In this document: piece by piece, positions 27,244-37,304 of the stretch
How positions within the stretch are numbered: position 1 is the stretch's first letter
How the letters are laid out: each line of letters starts with the position of its first letter
From: an uncultured bacterium
GTDB taxonomy: Bacteria; Verrucomicrobiota; Verrucomicrobiia; Limisphaerales; UBA8199
Direction of reading: 5' to 3'
NCBI GenBank assembly: GCA_963749495.1
Contig: CAVVMW010000021.1
Coordinates: 64,001 to 128,000 of the forward strand
Length of the DNA: 64,000 nt
Position numbers and translations under genes: made by a program
The notes under the pieces: model-generated
Databases searched by the model: none
Told to the model about the DNA's origin: nothing
What the model saw: only the letters and a program-made list of their open reading frames with translations

Positions 27244-27534
27244 ATGCACAGCGCTCACGTCAAAAAGAACGATGAAGTGGTGATCCTGGCCGGCGCCGAC
27301 AAAGGCAAGCGCGGCCGCATCATCGCCGTCCTGGGCAAGAAACAGCGGGTCATCGTCGAGGGTGCCCGGATGATCAAGCGCCACACGCGCAAGAACCCCG
27401 CCAATCCCCAAGGCAAGATCATCGAACGCGAAGGCACCATTCACATCTCCAATGTCATGAAAGCGGAGGCCTACGACGCCCGGGCCGCCAAACGCGCCGC
27501 CGGCCCGCAGGCCGCCCCGGCCCCGACCCAATGA
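27244..27534 (+). CDS. rplX: 50S ribosomal protein L24
   Basis: KOW motif DEVVILAGADKGKRG, IHISNV. Confidence 0.97.
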   Translation: MHSAHVKKNDEVVILAGADKGKRGRIIAVLGKKQRVIVEGARMIKRHTRKNPANPQGKIIEREGTIHISNVMKAEAYDARAAKRAAGPQAAPAPTQ

Positions 27535-28085
27535 AAGCCAGACTTTACGAAAAATACGTCAAGGACGTGATGCCCGCCCTCAAGGACAGGCACCACTACA
27601 CCAACCCGCACCAGGTGCCGCGCCTGAACAAGATCGTCGTCAACATGGGCGTCAGCGCCTCGCTGGAGAAGAGCGCCATTGACGATGCCGCCAAGGACCT
27701 GGCCCTGATCACCGGCCGCAAGGCCGCCGTCAGCCAGTCCCGCCACAGCATCGCCAATTTCAAGCTCCGCCAGGGCCAGCCCATCGGCTGCCACGTCACC
27801 CTCCGCCGCGACGCCATGTACGAGTTCTTCGACCGCCTCATCGCCACCGCCCTGCCTCGCATCCGCGACTTCCGCGGGCTCTCCACCCGCTCCTTCGATG
27901 GCCGGGGCAACTACTCGCTGGGCGTCGCCGACCAGACCATTTTCCCGGAAATCGACCTGGACAAGATCAAGCGCCAGCAGGGCATGGACATTACCATCGT
28001 CACCACCGCCCGCTCGAACGCCGAGGCGCTCGATCTGCTCAAACTCATGGGCATGCCCTTCGCCGAAGCGGCTAAGACCAAGTAA
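27531..28085 (+). CDS. rplE: 50S ribosomal protein L5
   Basis: [28 protein letters not shown]. Confidence 0.98.
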   Translation: MKARLYEKYVKDVMPALKDRHHYTNPHQVPRLNKIVVNMGVSASLEKSAIDDAAKDLALITGRKAAVSQSRHSIANFKLRQGQPIGCHVTLRRDAMYEFFDRLIATALPRIRDFRGLSTRSFDGRGNYSLGVADQTIFPEIDLDKIKRQQGMDITIVTTARSNAEALDLLKLMGMPFAEAAKTK

Positions 28086-28123
28086 GGGCACAACGAAGAG
28101 CCGCACTTTCCTATTCTGATTTT

Positions 28124-28393
28124 ATGGCAAAGATGTCCTGGATTGAACGCAACAAGCGGAAGGCCGCGACAGTGAAGAAGTATGCGGCCATTCGGGCCGA
28201 ATTGAAGGCCAGGCGCGACTACGCGGGCCTGGCCAAGCTGCCGCGCGACGCCAACCCGGTGCGCGTGGTCAACCGCTGTTCCATGACCGGCCGCCGCCAC
28301 GGCTACCTGCGCAAGTTCGGCTGCTCCCGCCTGACTTTCCGCGAGGCCGCCCTGAGCGGCCTCATCCCAGGCATCACCAAGGCCAGTTGGTAA
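28124..28393 (+). CDS. rpsN: 30S ribosomal protein S14 (89-aa form lacking the full Zn ribbon)
   Basis: MAKMS...KLPRD...NRCSMTGR...FRE...IPGITKASW. Confidence 0.97.
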   Translation: MAKMSWIERNKRKAATVKKYAAIRAELKARRDYAGLAKLPRDANPVRVVNRCSMTGRRHGYLRKFGCSRLTFREAALSGLIPGITKASW

Positions 28394-28398
28394 TCCCT

Positions 28399-28785
28399 AT
28401 GAACGACCCGATTTCCGACATGTTGGCCCGCATCCGCAACGCCAACCGCGCGCTGCTGCCCGCCATCGAGCTGCCCCACTCCAGAATGAAGGAGAGCATC
28501 GCCGCCATCCTTAAGAGCGAGGGCTACATCGCAGGCTTCTCGGTCGAAGGCCAGGGGATGCGCCGCATCAAGCTCCTGCTCAAGTACCAGGGCAAGAAAA
28601 GCGTCATCGAGGGCCTCCGCCGGGTCAGCACCCCGGGCCTGCGCCGCTACGTCGGCGCCGCCGACATCCCCCGCGTCCGCGGCGGTCTGGGCGTGGCCGT
28701 TGTCTCGACCTCCGAGGGTTTGATGACCGGCAACCAGGCCCGCAAGAAGAAGCTCGGGGGCGAACTGCTTTGTTACATCTGGTGA
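28399..28785 (+). CDS. rpsH: 30S ribosomal protein S8
   Basis: DPISDMLARIRNA, STPGLRRY, STSEG. Confidence 0.98.
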   Translation: MNDPISDMLARIRNANRALLPAIELPHSRMKESIAAILKSEGYIAGFSVEGQGMRRIKLLLKYQGKKSVIEGLRRVSTPGLRRYVGAADIPRVRGGLGVAVVSTSEGLMTGNQARKKKLGGELLCYIW

Positions 28786-28812
28786 GACCGGAATTCTTTT
28801 CGATTTGATTTT

Positions 28813-29349
28813 ATGTCCCGCATTGGAAAACAACCGATTGCCATCCCGCCCAAGGTGAAAGTCGAGGTCGCCGGCCGGCAGGTCTCCGTCGAGGGGCCCA
28901 AGGGCAAGCTCCGGTGGGAATTGCCCCGGCGCACCAGCCTCAAGGTCCAGGAGGACAAGATCCTCGTCAGCCGGGAAGGCGACGACGCCCAGGCCAAGGC
29001 CCTGCACGGCCTGAGCCGGGCGCTGGTCAACAACATGGTGCGCGGCGTCACCGACGGCTTCGTCAAGAAGCTGGAAATCCAGGGCGTCGGCTTCAAGGCC
29101 GCTGTCCAGGGCAAGAACGTCACCCTCAGCCTGGGCTACTCGCACCCGATCGTCTTTCCCATCCCCGATCAGATCAAGGTGACCGTGGACGAGAATACCA
29201 AGATCACCGTCGAGGGGCCGGACCGGCAGGTGGTCGGCCAGGTCGCCGCCGAATTGCGCAGCTTTTACCCGCCCGAGCCTTACAAGGGCAAGGGCGTGCG
29301 CTATGTCGGTGAACGGGTCATCCGCAAGGAAGGCAAGACTGTCCAATGA
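28813..29349 (+). CDS. rplF: 50S ribosomal protein L6
   Basis: [20 protein letters not shown]. Confidence 0.98.
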   Translation: MSRIGKQPIAIPPKVKVEVAGRQVSVEGPKGKLRWELPRRTSLKVQEDKILVSREGDDAQAKALHGLSRALVNNMVRGVTDGFVKKLEIQGVGFKAAVQGKNVTLSLGYSHPIVFPIPDQIKVTVDENTKITVEGPDRQVVGQVAAELRSFYPPEPYKGKGVRYVGERVIRKEGKTVQ

Positions 29350-29711
29350 GAACCGAGAAGAAACAGAAGCTGGCCCGGAAACGCCACTGGCGGGTGCGCC
29401 AGAAGGTCAGCGGCACCAAGGAGCGGCCCCGCATGGCGGTGTGCTTTACGAACAAGAACATCCACGTCCAGTTCATCGATGATGTGGCCAGGGTGACCTT
29501 GGCCTCGGCCTCGACGACCAGCAAGGCGACGCCGGATCGGGACAAACTGGGCGCCAACGCGGCCAGCGCCAAGGTCGTCGGCGCCCTGGCGGCCCAGGTG
29601 GCCCTGGCCAAGGGGATCAAGCAGGTCATCTTCGACCGCGGCGGCGCGCGTTACCACGGCAAGGTCAAGGCCCTGGCGGATGCCGCCCGCGAGGCGGGTC
29701 TGCAGTTTTAA
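29346..29711 (+). CDS. rplR: 50S ribosomal protein L18
   Basis: [24 protein letters not shown]. Confidence 0.98.
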   Translation: MRTEKKQKLARKRHWRVRQKVSGTKERPRMAVCFTNKNIHVQFIDDVARVTLASASTTSKATPDRDKLGANAASAKVVGALAAQVALAKGIKQVIFDRGGARYHGKVKALADAAREAGLQF

Positions 29712-29735
29712 TCAACGTTAACCCAGAGAGATATT

Positions 29736-30386
29736 GTGGCTGAAACCAACAAGACTCAGAGCGGCGGCACTCAACGTGGCCCGCGCGGGCCCGGGCGCGG
29801 ACGGCGCTCCCGGCCGGAGCCTGAAATCACGCTGGACGAGCAGAGTGGGCAGGAGTTGATCGAGAAGGTGGTGTTCATCAACCGCTCGGCCAAGGTGGTC
29901 AAGGGCGGGCGGCGGTTCAATTTCAGCGCCCTCATCGTGGTGGGCGACCGGCACGGTCGTGTGGGCGTGGGGCTTGGCAAGGCCGGCGAGGTGGCCGATG
30001 CCATCCGCAAGGGGGGTGACTTGGCCCGCTCGCAAATGGTGGGCGTGTCCCTCAAGGACGCCACCATACCCCATGAAGTGCTCTACCACTATGGCGGGGC
30101 CAAGGTGCTGCTGCGGCCCGCCTCTCCCGGCACCGGCATCATCGCCGGCAAGACCGTCCGCGCCGTCCTGGAGTCCGCCGGCGTCAAAGACGTGCTCAGC
30201 AAATCCCTCGGCTCCAAGAACGCTGCCAACGTCGTCAAGGCCACCCTCCACGCCCTGCTCAGCCTGCGCCTGCGCGAAGACATCTACAAAGGCCGCGGCC
30301 TGGAAATCAAAAAAGTCCCCCCGCCCCAGCCGCCCCAGGCCATGCCCCTGCCAGAGCCGCCCACGCTCCCATCCACACCGGAATAA
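29736..30386 (+). CDS. rpsE: 30S ribosomal protein S5
   Basis: KVVKGGRRFNF, PGTGIIAG, KSLGS; Pro-rich C-terminal tail. Confidence 0.98.
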   Translation: MAETNKTQSGGTQRGPRGPGRGRRSRPEPEITLDEQSGQELIEKVVFINRSAKVVKGGRRFNFSALIVVGDRHGRVGVGLGKAGEVADAIRKGGDLARSQMVGVSLKDATIPHEVLYHYGGAKVLLRPASPGTGIIAGKTVRAVLESAGVKDVLSKSLGSKNAANVVKATLHALLSLRLREDIYKGRGLEIKKVPPPQPPQAMPLPEPPTLPSTPE

Positions 30387-30410
30387 CCCTCGGCCCCAGA
30401 CCAGTTCTCT

Positions 30411-30938
30411 ATGCGATTACACGACCTCAAACCTCGGCCCGGCGCCCGGCACCGGGTCAAACGCCTGGGCCAGGGCGAATCCAGCGGCCACGGCAAGACC
30501 AGCGGGCGCGGCGGCAAAGGCCAGACCGCCCGCTCCGGCAGCTCCATCCGCATCGGGTTCGAAGGCGGCCAAATGCCGTTCATTCGCCGCATCCCCAAGC
30601 GCGGCTTCAACAACGCCCGCCATACCACCCGCTACCTGCCCGTCAATCTCGACGCGCTCAACCGCTTCGAGGAGGGCGCCCGCGTTGACGAGGACGCCCT
30701 GCGCAGCCTCGGCCTGGCCAATGGCCGCAGCGCCGGCATCAAGATCCTCGGCAACGGCGAGGTTACCCGCAAACTGACCGTCAGCGCCCATGCCTTCAGC
30801 GCCTCCGCCCGCGCCAAGATCCAGGCCAAGGGCGGCACCTGCGAGGTCATCGCGCGCAAACACCACGGGGCAGCCGTCCCGCCCGCGCCGTCAGCCGCCC
30901 CTGAACCGCCCAAGACCAAACCGGATCAGAAGGTTTAG
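30411..30938 (+). CDS. rplO: 50S ribosomal protein L15
   Basis: GKTSGRGGKGQ, GFEGGQMP, PKRGF. Confidence 0.98.
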   Translation: MRLHDLKPRPGARHRVKRLGQGESSGHGKTSGRGGKGQTARSGSSIRIGFEGGQMPFIRRIPKRGFNNARHTTRYLPVNLDALNRFEEGARVDEDALRSLGLANGRSAGIKILGNGEVTRKLTVSAHAFSASARAKIQAKGGTCEVIARKHHGAAVPPAPSAAPEPPKTKPDQKV

Positions 30939-30990
30939 TCCTCCGCATGAGCCGTCCAACTCTCCATGAACCGACCCCAAGCCTGGAAGG

Positions 30991-31068
30991 TTTTGGACTG
31001 CGGCAGTCCTCTGCCGCTTTCGTGTCCCCAGGGTCCAAAAAGCGGCAGCGGACTGCCGCACTCCAAAA
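30991..31068. repeat. REP-like palindrome between rplO and secY
   Basis: TTTTGGACTGCGGCAGTCC...GGACTGCCGCACTCCAAAA. Confidence 0.8.
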
Positions 31069-31143
31069 CGCTTCGCGCCGGGCGACGCCCGTCCGGTCCC
31101 CCCGCACTCGCCCCCAGGCCGCGCCCCTAGACCCTACCCGACC

Positions 31144-32530
31144 ATGCTAGCCGCCATTGCCAATACATTCAGTAACTGCTTTAAGATCCCCGAGCTCAAG
31201 TCCAGGATCCTCTTTACCTTGATGGTCCTGGCCATCTGCCGGTTGGAGGCCGCCATCCGCGTTCCGGGCCTGGATGGCCGGACCCTGACCGACTTCTTCA
31301 ACACCAAGGCCGGCCAGGCCGCCGGCAACTCCGTGCTGGGCCTCTATAGCATGTTCACCGGCGGCGCCCTGGAGCATTGCGCCATCGGCGCCCTGGGCAT
31401 CATGCCCTACATCAGCGCCACCATTATCATCCAACTCCTGACTGCGGTCTGGCCGCAGCTCTCCAAGCTGGCCCGCGAAGAAGGCGGGCGCACCAAGCTC
31501 GTCCAATATGGCCGTTACCTGACGGTCGTGCTCTGCTTGGGACAGGGTTTTGTGATGGCCCTGGGCTGGGAGCACCCCGACAGCATCTTCGGGGCGAACA
31601 TCGGGCGGTTGGTGATGTTCAGCGATGCGCACATTTGGTTCTATCGCCTTCAGACCACGCTCATCGTGACCACGGGCACGATGCTGCTGATGTGGTTGGG
31701 CGAGCAGATCACCGACCGCGGCATCGGCAACGGGGTCTCGCTGGTCATCACCATCGGCATCCTGGCCCGGTTGCCTCAGGCCATCATATCCCTCCGGGAC
31801 ATGTTCTTCCCCAAGATCGTCCAGGCGGAGTTCAACCTCGGTCATGCCGCCGCGCTGCTCCTGCTCCTGGTGGGCGTCATTGCCGGGGTCATCGCCATCA
31901 CCCAGGCCCAGCGGAAGGTCCCTGTTCAATACGCCCAGCGGGCGGTCGGGCGCAAGATCTTCCAGGGCACCACCTCGTTCATGCCCCTGCGCGTCAATTA
32001 TTCCGGGGTCATGCCCATCATCTTCGCTCAAGCCATCCTGATGTTCCCCCAGAAATTCTTCCTGTCTCTTGGGCAAGGCAGTCAACCTGAAGTTCTTCAT
32101 CGATCTGGCCCGCCTCCTGGATTACGGCTCGTTCTGGTACATGGCCCTCTACGGGTTGATGATTCTGTTCTTCTCGTATTTCTGGGTGGCCACCCAGTTC
32201 AACGAACTCCAGATCGCCGATGACCTCAAGAAGAACGGCGGCTACATCCCCGGCGTGCGGCCCGGCCAGGCCACCAGCGAGTACCTGCACAACGCCATGA
32301 GCCGGATCACCCTGGCGGGCGCGGTGTTCCTGACCGTGATCGCCGTGATTCCCATCCTGTTGTACAAGGAAATGAGCATCCCGCTTCAGGTCTCGACCTT
32401 CTTCGGCGGCACCAGCATGCTCATCCTGGTCGGCGTGCTCCTGGATACTATGCGCCAGATGGAGACCCATCTGCTCATGCGCCACTACGACGGCTTCCTC
32501 AAGAAGGGCCGCTTCGGGGGCAGGTTCTGA
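31144..32530 (+). CDS. secY: Preprotein translocase SecY (frameshift near 32070, probably a sequencing error)
   Basis: ALGIMPYISATII, WLGEQIT..GIGNG, GVMPIIFA; second frame GGYIPGVRPG, GGTSMLI. Confidence 0.95.
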
Positions 32531-32531
32531 T

Positions 32532-33309
32532 TTGATTATCTTGAAGAACGAGCGGGATTTGGAAGCGATGCGGCCGGCTTGCGCGGTCGCCGGCGCGGTC
32601 CTGGAAGAGGTCGGCGCCTTCATCAAGCCCGGCGTGACGACCAAGGAAGTCGATGACTTCGCGGCGTCGCGCATCAAGAGCTACGGCGCCAGGAGCGCGT
32701 TTTTCGGGTACCGGAAGTACCCGTGCCATATCTGCATCTCGGTCAACGAGCAGGTGGTGCACGGCCTGGCCGGGGCCAGGCCATTGCGGTTCGGGGACAT
32801 CGTCAGCCTGGATGTCGGGGTCATTTACAACGGGTTTATCGGGGACACCGCCCGGACGGTGGCCGTGGGCGGGTGCGGCGCTGCCGGCCCAAAGGCTGAT
32901 GGACGTCACGGAGCAGGCCCTGCACGAGGGAATTGCCCAGGCGCTGCCCGGCCGGCGCGTAGTTGATATTTCGCGCGCCATACAGGAATATGTAGAGGGC
33001 AACGGCTTCAGCGTCGTTCGCGAGTTCGTCGGCCACGGGGTCGGCCGCTCGATGCACGAAGAACCCCAGGTGCCGAACTTCGTGGAAGGCAAGCCGTCGC
33101 CCAAGCTGCGCCCGGGGATGACCCTGGCCATCGAACCGATGGTCAATGCCGGGCTGCCTGCGGTCAAGGTCTTCAATGATGGCTGGACAGTGGTGACGCA
33201 AGATGGTTCACTGTCGGCCCATTTTGAGCACACGGTGTTGATCACCGAGAACGAGCCGGAAATCCTGACATGGCCCGAACGGATGCCATCGAAGTTGAAG
33301 GCGCCGTAG
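32532..33309 (+). CDS. map: Methionine aminopeptidase (frameshift near 32880)
   Basis: [22 protein letters not shown]; second frame GHGVG..MHEEP, AIEPM, SAHFEHT. Confidence 0.93.
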
Positions 33310-33502
33310 TGGAAGCACTGCCCAACGGGACCTACCGGGTGGAGCTGCCCAACGGCCATCGCGTGCTGGCCTATGTGACCGGCAAGGCCCGCTTGAGTTT
33401 CCCCGGCTGGCGCCGGGAGATAAGGTCCGCCTGGAAATGTCGCCTTACGATTTGTCGGAAGGCCGCATCGTCGTGGGGACACAGACCGGTCAGTCAGTTT
33501 GA
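33270..33502 (+). CDS. infA: Translation initiation factor IF-1, divergent operon copy (frameshift in the C run near 33403)
   Basis: IEVEG.V.EALPN..YRVEL.NGH; after restoring one [19 protein letters not shown], stop at 33500-33502. Confidence 0.85.
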
Positions 33503-33518
33503 ATTTGAATTGGATTTT

Positions 33519-33632
33519 ATGAAAGTTCGCGCATCTGTTAAAAAGCTTTGCGAGAATTGCAAGATCATTCGCCGCAAAGGGATCATCCGCGTCATCTGCA
33601 CCAACCCGCGCCACAAACAGCGCCAGGGCTGA
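33519..33632 (+). CDS. rpmJ: 50S ribosomal protein L36 (Zn-binding form)
   Basis: [14 protein letters not shown]...[13 protein letters not shown]. Confidence 0.98.
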   Translation: MKVRASVKKLCENCKIIRRKGIIRVICTNPRHKQRQG

Positions 33633-33688
33633 ATGCGTCCGTCCCTTGAGTCCTTTATGTCCCTTAAGCCCCTTCTTATTTTTGACCT

Positions 33689-34084
33689 ATGGCTCGCATC
33701 ATCGGAGTAGAAGTTCCGCCCAATAAGCGCATCGAGATCGCCTTGCGCTACATCTATGGCATCGGCCCCACCAACTCGAAGGAAATCCTGGCCAAGGCCA
33801 AGATCGACCCCGGCACCCGCGCCAAGGACCTGACAGAGCAGCAACTCTCGCAGATCGTGCACGCCATCCAGGATGGCAAGTACATCATCGAAGGCGACCT
33901 GCGCCGCGAGATCGGCATGAACCTCAAACGCCTGCAGGGCATCAAGTGCTACCGCGGCATCCGCCACCTGCGCGGCCTGCCCGTCCGCGGCCAGCGCACC
34001 CAGACCAACGCCCGCACCCGCAAAGGCCCCCGCAAGACCGTCGGCGTGGTCCGAAATCCCGCCGCCAAGACCGGCATCCACTAA
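33689..34084 (+). CDS. rpsM: 30S ribosomal protein S13
   Basis: [27 protein letters not shown]. Confidence 0.98.
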   Translation: MARIIGVEVPPNKRIEIALRYIYGIGPTNSKEILAKAKIDPGTRAKDLTEQQLSQIVHAIQDGKYIIEGDLRREIGMNLKRLQGIKCYRGIRHLRGLPVRGQRTQTNARTRKGPRKTVGVVRNPAAKTGIH

Positions 34085-34119
34085 TCCCACTCCAAGCCCA
34101 ATTAGCCCCAATAAGTCGT

Positions 34120-34794
34120 ATGGCCGACGAACCCAAAAAGAAACCCGCCCCCAGGAAAGAAGGAAAACCGAAGGCCGGCGCCGAAAAGCCGTCCGGCAAG
34201 CCCGTCGGCGAAGGGGCGCCCGCCAAGGCGCCCAGGAAGGCCCCCGGCCCGGCTGCCGCTGCGCCCGCGGGCGCTGCCCCAGGCCCTCAGGCCGCCGGCC
34301 CCCAAGCCCCAGGCGCCCCCGGCCCCGAGGGCGCCAAGCCCCCGGAAGGCGCCCCGCCCGCCCCGGCCGTCGCGGCCCCCACCGCCGCCGAACTGCTCGC
34401 CGACGAACTGGCCGGCAAGAAGATCGTCAAGGCCAAGGGCGCCAAGAACATCACTAGCGGCATTGCCAATATCCTGGCCACGTTCAACAACACCCAGGTC
34501 AGCATCACCGACATGCAGGGGCACGTCATCGGCTGGTCCACCGCCGGGCGGGTTGGCTTCAAGGGCTCGCGCAAGAGCACCGCCTATGCCGCCCAGCAGG
34601 TCGCCCAGGATGCCGCCCGCCAAGCCATGTCCCACGGGATGCGCGAAATCGAGGTCCGGGTCAAAGGCCCCGGCTCCGGCCGCGAATCCGCCATCCGCGC
34701 CCTCCAGGCCATCGGCCTGGAAATCACCACCATCAAGGACGTGACCCCCATCCCCCACAACGGCTGCCGCCCGCGCAAGAAACGCCGCGTCTAA
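34120..34794 (+). CDS. rpsK: 30S ribosomal protein S11 with long Pro/Ala/Lys/Gly N-terminal extension
   Basis: [31 protein letters not shown]. Confidence 0.97.
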   Translation: MADEPKKKPAPRKEGKPKAGAEKPSGKPVGEGAPAKAPRKAPGPAAAAPAGAAPGPQAAGPQAPGAPGPEGAKPPEGAPPAPAVAAPTAAELLADELAGKKIVKAKGAKNITSGIANILATFNNTQVSITDMQGHVIGWSTAGRVGFKGSRKSTAYAAQQVAQDAARQAMSHGMREIEVRVKGPGSGRESAIRALQAIGLEITTIKDVTPIPHNGCRPRKKRRV

Positions 34795-34802
34795 CCCCCC
34801 CT

Positions 34803-34825
34803 TCGACACTCGACACTCGACACTC
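34803..34825. repeat. Heptamer tandem repeat (TCGACAC)x3
   Basis: Directly visible in the rpsK-rpsD spacer. Confidence 0.7.
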
Positions 34826-34834
34826 TTTTGCAAT

Positions 34835-35443
34835 ATGGCTCGCTATACAGGTCCCCGTGTTCGTATCAGCCGCCGGTTCGGCGTCCCCATCTTCGGCCCC
34901 TCGAAGTACCTCGAACGCCGCAACTACGGTCCGGGCGTCCATGGCCCCAAGTCCCGGCGCAAACACACCGACTACGGTCTGGCTCTCATCGAGAAGCAGA
35001 AACTGCGCTACTACTACGGCCTGCTCGAGCGCCAGTTCCGCGGCGTGTACGAGCGCGCCCTCAAGCGCCGCGGCGTCACCGGCGAGCAGATGCTCCAGAT
35101 CCTGGAGACCCGCCTGGACAACGTCTGCTACCACCTGGGCTTTGCCAATACCCGCGCGGCCGCCCGGCAGTTGGTCTGCCACGGGCACGTCCGCGTGAAC
35201 GGCCGCAAGGTCAACATCCCGTCCTACGGCCTGAAGGTGAACGACGTCATCGAGATCAAGAACTCGAACGCCGCCCGGCAGTTGGCCACCAAGAACCTCG
35301 AAGGCGCCGCCAGCCGGGCCGTTCCCGATTGGCTCTCCCTCAACAAGGAGGCCCTCAAGGGCGTGGTCATGCGCATCCCCGCCCGCGACGAGATCCAGCC
35401 CATCGCCAACGAGCAGGCCGTCGTCGAATTTTATTCCCGCTAA
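34835..35443 (+). CDS. rpsD: 30S ribosomal protein S4
   Basis: MARYTGP, EKQKLR, LETRLDN, ARQLV.HGH, VEFYSR. Confidence 0.98.
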   Translation: MARYTGPRVRISRRFGVPIFGPSKYLERRNYGPGVHGPKSRRKHTDYGLALIEKQKLRYYYGLLERQFRGVYERALKRRGVTGEQMLQILETRLDNVCYHLGFANTRAAARQLVCHGHVRVNGRKVNIPSYGLKVNDVIEIKNSNAARQLATKNLEGAASRAVPDWLSLNKEALKGVVMRIPARDEIQPIANEQAVVEFYSR

Positions 35444-35558
35444 CCAACCAACGGAGTTATGGAGCGATGAGATGGCTCCGGCACAATTATACGGGCCTCG
35501 GCGGGCGGCGGGAATAATCCCGCCGGGGCCAGATTAAAATTGTTGAAAGGAAAAAACT

Positions 35559-36587
35559 ATGCCAGTGCGTCTGGGACGTTTCGAAATGCCCAAGCGGTTG
35601 ACCAAAGAAGAGTCCACCGCCACGGAGACCTATGCCAAGTTCGTTGCCGAGCCCTTTGAGACCGGCTACGGCCATACCGTCGGCAACTCGCTGCGCCGCG
35701 TGCTGCTCTCCTCGCTGGAGGGCGCGGCCATCACCTCGATCAAGATCGATGGCGCCATGCACGAGTTCGGCGTCATCGATGGCGTCGTCGAGGACGCCAC
35801 CGACATCGTCCTCAACCTCAAGAAGGTCCTGTTGCTCGCTCACAGCCGCGACCCGCAGACCCTGCTCCTGTCCGTCAACAAGGAGGGAGAAGTCACCGCT
35901 GCCGACATCCAGCTCAACCAGAATGTCGAACTGGTCAACCCCACCCAGCACATCTGCACCCTCGACAAGAAGAAAAAGTTCGAGATGGAGCTCGAAGTCA
36001 AGGTCGGCCGCGGCTTCCTGCCGGGCGACGAAAACAAGAAGCCCAACCAGGCCATCGGCGTCATTGCCATCGACTCCCTCTTCTCCCCCGTCACCCGCGT
36101 CCGCTACGCCGTCGAAAACGCCCGCGTCGGCCAGCGCACCGATTACGACCGCCTCCTGCTGGAAATCTGGACCGATGGCCGCATCTCGCCCGACGACGCC
36201 CTCACCCAGGCCTCCGCCATCCTCCAACACCACCTCGACGTCTTCGTCGGTTACGACAAGAATGCCATCGAGTTCGAGGAGGTCGTCGATAAGCAGGACG
36301 AGGAGAAGACCAAGCTCAAGAAGCTCCTCAACATGAGCGTCAACGAAATCGAGCTCAGCGTCCGCGCCGCCAACTGCCTCAACAATGCCAACATCACCAC
36401 CGTCGGCCAACTCGCCATGAAGACCGAGCAGGAGATGCTCAAGTACCGCAACTTCGGCAAGAAGTCGCTCAACGAAATCAAAGACAAACTCGCCGCCCTG
36501 GGCCTGACGCTCGGCATGACCTTCGAGCCCGATTTGCTCGAGGCCCCCAGAGAGGAACCCACCACCCTGGCGTCAATCACGCGATAA
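35559..36587 (+). CDS. rpoA: RNA polymerase alpha subunit
   Basis: GYGHTVGNSLRRVLLSS, LSVRAANCL, NFGKKSLNEI. Confidence 0.99.
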   Translation: MPVRLGRFEMPKRLTKEESTATETYAKFVAEPFETGYGHTVGNSLRRVLLSSLEGAAITSIKIDGAMHEFGVIDGVVEDATDIVLNLKKVLLLAHSRDPQTLLLSVNKEGEVTAADIQLNQNVELVNPTQHICTLDKKKKFEMELEVKVGRGFLPGDENKKPNQAIGVIAIDSLFSPVTRVRYAVENARVGQRTDYDRLLLEIWTDGRISPDDALTQASAILQHHLDVFVGYDKNAIEFEEVVDKQDEEKTKLKKLLNMSVNEIELSVRAANCLNNANITTVGQLAMKTEQEMLKYRNFGKKSLNEIKDKLAALGLTLGMTFEPDLLEAPREEPTTLASITR

Positions 36588-36656
36588 GACTGCGCCCGCC
36601 GCCGCCGAGAGCGCCTCCCGCTCCCGCTCGCGACGCCGCCCGCCACTCTCCAATTT

Positions 36657-37166
36657 ATGCGACACCTTAAGCGAACCGCCAAGTTGGGCCGCACTGGCCA
36701 GCACCGCAATGCCATGCTCGCCAACCTGGTCTGCAGCCTCATCCTCCACAAGCGCGTCACCACGAGCGTCGCCAAAGCCAAAGCCGCCCGCTCCGTTGCC
36801 GAAAAAATGGTCACCCTCGGCAAAAGCGGCACCCTCCACGACCGCCGCCTGGCCGCCGCCCGCCTCCACCAGGAAAAGGCCGTCAAGATCCTCTTCGACG
36901 AAATCGCCAAGCAGCACCAGGAGCGCCATGGCGGTTACACCCGCATCGTCCGCCTCGCCAAGTGCCGCCAGGGCGACGCCTCCCAAAGCGCCATCCTCGA
37001 ATGGGTCGAAGGGCAGACCGTCGCCCAACCCACCCCCGAGACGACCAAGCCGGCCGCCCAAACCAGCCCCGCTCCGCAGCCCCAGCCCCAGGCCCCTGCC
37101 GCCCCCATGCCTGCCGAGGAGCCTAAGCCCGCTGCCGAGGCTCCCCCCGAAACCAAACCCGCGTAA
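36657..37166 (+). CDS. rplQ: 50S ribosomal protein L17 with Pro/Ala-rich tail
   Basis: MRH....KLGR...HR.A, GGYTRI, GD.S. Confidence 0.98.
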   Translation: MRHLKRTAKLGRTGQHRNAMLANLVCSLILHKRVTTSVAKAKAARSVAEKMVTLGKSGTLHDRRLAAARLHQEKAVKILFDEIAKQHQERHGGYTRIVRLAKCRQGDASQSAILEWVEGQTVAQPTPETTKPAAQTSPAPQPQPQAPAAPMPAEEPKPAAEAPPETKPA

Positions 37167-37304
37167 GAGCGGCTGGCAAGATTAGACCTGGAAACGGCAG
37201 TTGAAGGACCTGGCCGCAGCCCCATGGGTCTGATTCTGTTGGGGTATGCCACCTCAAATAACTCCCATCAGGGCTCACCCTGAGGGTGAATGCGCCGATG
37301 CACC

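Noticed and set aside
25520..33410. Frameshifts in rpsC, secY, map and infA as programmed frameshifting or pseudogenes
   Set aside because: They are single-base indels, mostly in short homopolymers, in essential genes. The same pattern occurs near 40005, 56388 and 63357, so long-read consensus error is the simplest explanation. infA stays uncertain because it has a paralog.
33270..33632. IF-1/L36 fusion protein in the ORF track
   Set aside because: Artefact of the infA frameshift; rpmJ has its own ATG at 33519.
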